A DNA stretch of 64,000 bases. Source: Basidiobolus meristosporus CBS 931.73. Its lineage: Eukaryota > Fungi > Basidiobolomycota. The notes beneath the pieces are model-generated. The model made no database searches. It saw nothing but the letters and a program-made list of their open reading frames with translations, and was not told the DNA's origin. Shown piece after piece: positions 62,611 to 64,000 of this stretch (position 1 is its first letter; each line of letters opens with the position of its first letter). The DNA lies in contig MCFE01000070.1 of NCBI GenBank assembly GCA_002104905.1, positions 123,138-187,137 of the forward strand, read 5' to 3'. Both the position numbers and the translations under genes were made by a program.

Positions 62611-63842
62611 GATGATCATCACCAAAGGGTGAAATCTTTATTTAAATAATAAATAAAGAAGCCAAGTTTGCATATGAATATCTGAGATGCAGGAAGCCTA
62701 CAAGATAAACTTGGACTTTGCTGTATCCCAAATATCCTCAATATCAAAGTCTAGAGGAGAGTGTAGCAAGACTGCTTGTTCACTGTAGTATTTCTTGAGG
62801 AAGTTTGTGACTTGAAGGGAAGGAGAGTTTTTCAACAAGCTGGTAAATCTTTTGAGGAGTTCTTTTTCCAGAGAGAATGGCACAAAGAGTGGAATGTCCA
62901 AATGATGTCTGAATATATGCTCTGAGAGCTCCCAATCCAGCATATTTTTGACTTCTTCTGTAAAATCTTCAACAATATCTTTGTCAAGAATAACTTCCAA
63001 GAGATCCCTGGCAATGTACTGAATGTTAATAATCTTAGGCATATGAATACCTAGGTCCTTGAGGTAGTTTCTTTGTTCTGATATTGGGAGATATCCTGCA
63101 TTTCTGAAATAGCAAACTGCCCAGTTGGCAGTAGGAGGAGTATCAGGGCTGACAGGGAATCTTCTTCTGGCTTTAGAGTGCACTGGCTTAGGAGACTGTC
63201 TTGATGGAAGGGCAGCTGGTTTTGGATGAGCTTGAACTGCTTGGGAGTAGGTCTGAGTACAAGTAGTAGAAGTTCCTGGTTGCTGAGAATTTTCAGATTG
63301 ACTGGATGAAGAGCTAATTGAGGGGTTGCAAGGTAAGGAAGAAGCTGAAAGAGAAGTGGAGAGGGCTGGGTGAAGTTCAGAAAGAGTTTTGAAAAGAATT
63401 TGGATCTGAGATTTCAACATTGAGTTTTCAGCTTCAAGAAGAGAAACTCTTTGTTCAAGGTAAGAAGTCTGTAAAGAGTGAAAGTTGGGTAAAGACATGG
63501 AAGTAGTAAATAAGAAGAAAGGAGTAGTTGGGGTGGGAGGGTGGGAAAATAGGTAAGAAGAAAAGAGAGGAAAGATCTGAAATTGAAAATCTCAGAATTT
63601 ATAGATGGATGGACAAGGGTAGAGGATTGATTAATCCAGGGTTAGGGAAAAATAGGTAAGAAGAAAAGAGAGGGTAGTAAATAAGAAGAAAGGAGTAGTT
63701 GGGGTGGGAGGGTGGGAAAATAGGTAAGAAGAAAAGAGAGGAAAGATCTGAAATTGAAAATCTCAGAATTTATAGATGGATGGACAAGGGTAGAGGATTG
63801 ATTAATCCAGGGTTAGGGAAAAATAGGTAAGAAGAAAAGAGA
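62611..63842 (-). mobile_element. Terminal non-autonomous telomere-associated element carrying one ORF
   Basis: Bounded by TTAGGG tracts; 3' tail TCACCAAAGGGTGAAATCTTTATTT...AAAGAAGCCAAG is shared with the SINE-like units. Confidence 0.7.
62698..63498 (-). CDS. ORF1/gag-like protein of a non-LTR or Penelope-like retroelement (266 aa, intact)
   Basis: N-terminal coiled coil (LEQRVSLLEAENSMLKSQI), S/P-rich linker with TYSQAV, then an RRM-like VCYFRN...LKDLGI..PKIINIQYI..LLEVIL segment. Confidence 0.55.
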   Translation of the reverse strand: MSLPNFHSLQTSYLEQRVSLLEAENSMLKSQIQILFKTLSELHPALSTSLSASSLPCNPSISSSSSQSENSQQPGTSTTCTQTYSQAVQAHPKPAALPSRQSPKPVHSKARRRFPVSPDTPPTANWAVCYFRNAGYLPISEQRNYLKDLGIHMPKIINIQYIARDLLEVILDKDIVEDFTEEVKNMLDWELSEHIFRHHLDIPLFVPFSLEKELLKRFTSLLKNSPSLQVTNFLKKYYSEQAVLLHSPLDFDIEDIWDTAKSKFIL

Positions 63843-63844
63843 GG
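63503..63844. repeat. 171-bp direct tandem duplication in the element 5' region
   Basis: gtagtaaataagaagaaagg...aataggtaagaagaaaagagaggg starts at 63503 and 63674; each copy contains one GGGTTAGGG. Confidence 0.95.
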
Positions 63845-64000
63845 GTTAGGGTTAGGGTTAGGGTTAGGGTTAGGGTTAGGGTTAGGGTTAGGGTTAGGGT
63901 TAGGGTTAGGGTTAGGGTTAGGGTTAGGGTTAGGGTTAGGGTTAGGGTTAGGGTTAGGGTTAGGGTTAGGGTTAGGGTTAGGGTTAGGGTTAGGTTAGGG
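63843..64000 (+). repeat. Telomere, (TTAGGG)n ~26 units, G-rich strand pointing to the chromosome end
   Basis: Directly visible; one TTAGG variant near the end. Confidence 0.99.

Noticed and set aside
61458-62642. Hammerhead ribozyme in the shared tail (hairpin followed by GAAA)
   Set aside because: No CUGANGA core upstream on either strand; only a stem-loop plus GAAA is present.

Overview
This is the last 64 kb of a chromosome arm of an intron-rich fungus: short GT-AG introns with CTAAC/CTGAC branch points and a terminal (TTAGGG)n telomere. The gene set suggests an early-diverging lineage (Zoopagomycota/Mucoromycota-like), which is inference. About 1-50 kb is gene-dense host DNA: alginate lyase, transporters, GATA and MATA-HMG factors, ERO1, an LRR-RhoGEF, delta-12 desaturase, RPL35A, RPL26, MED27, MCCC1, RPP30, RRP42 and a Ctr copper transporter. 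It also holds a non-coding host gene whose two introns each carry a U19/snR191-type H/ACA snoRNA. About 52-64 kb is a CpG-depleted subtelomere that looks like a stack of cassettes added one after another to the chromosome end, each joined through TTAGGG. In order these are a C2H2 ORF cassette, Copia and Gypsy relics (the Gypsy gag broken and healed by telomeric repeats), a very AT-rich 4.2 kb virus-like island with palindromic ~75 bp repeat arrays, two stubs of a conserved 3' tail, two tRNA-headed SINE-like 527 bp units, and an intact CpG-free ORF1-like element under the telomere. The most interesting candidate system is a telomere-primed (Penelope/Terminon- or MoTeR-like) retro-addition machinery with a tRNA-derived hitchhiker and viral-like cargo. 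No reverse transcriptase is present in this window, so the mechanism is inferred.
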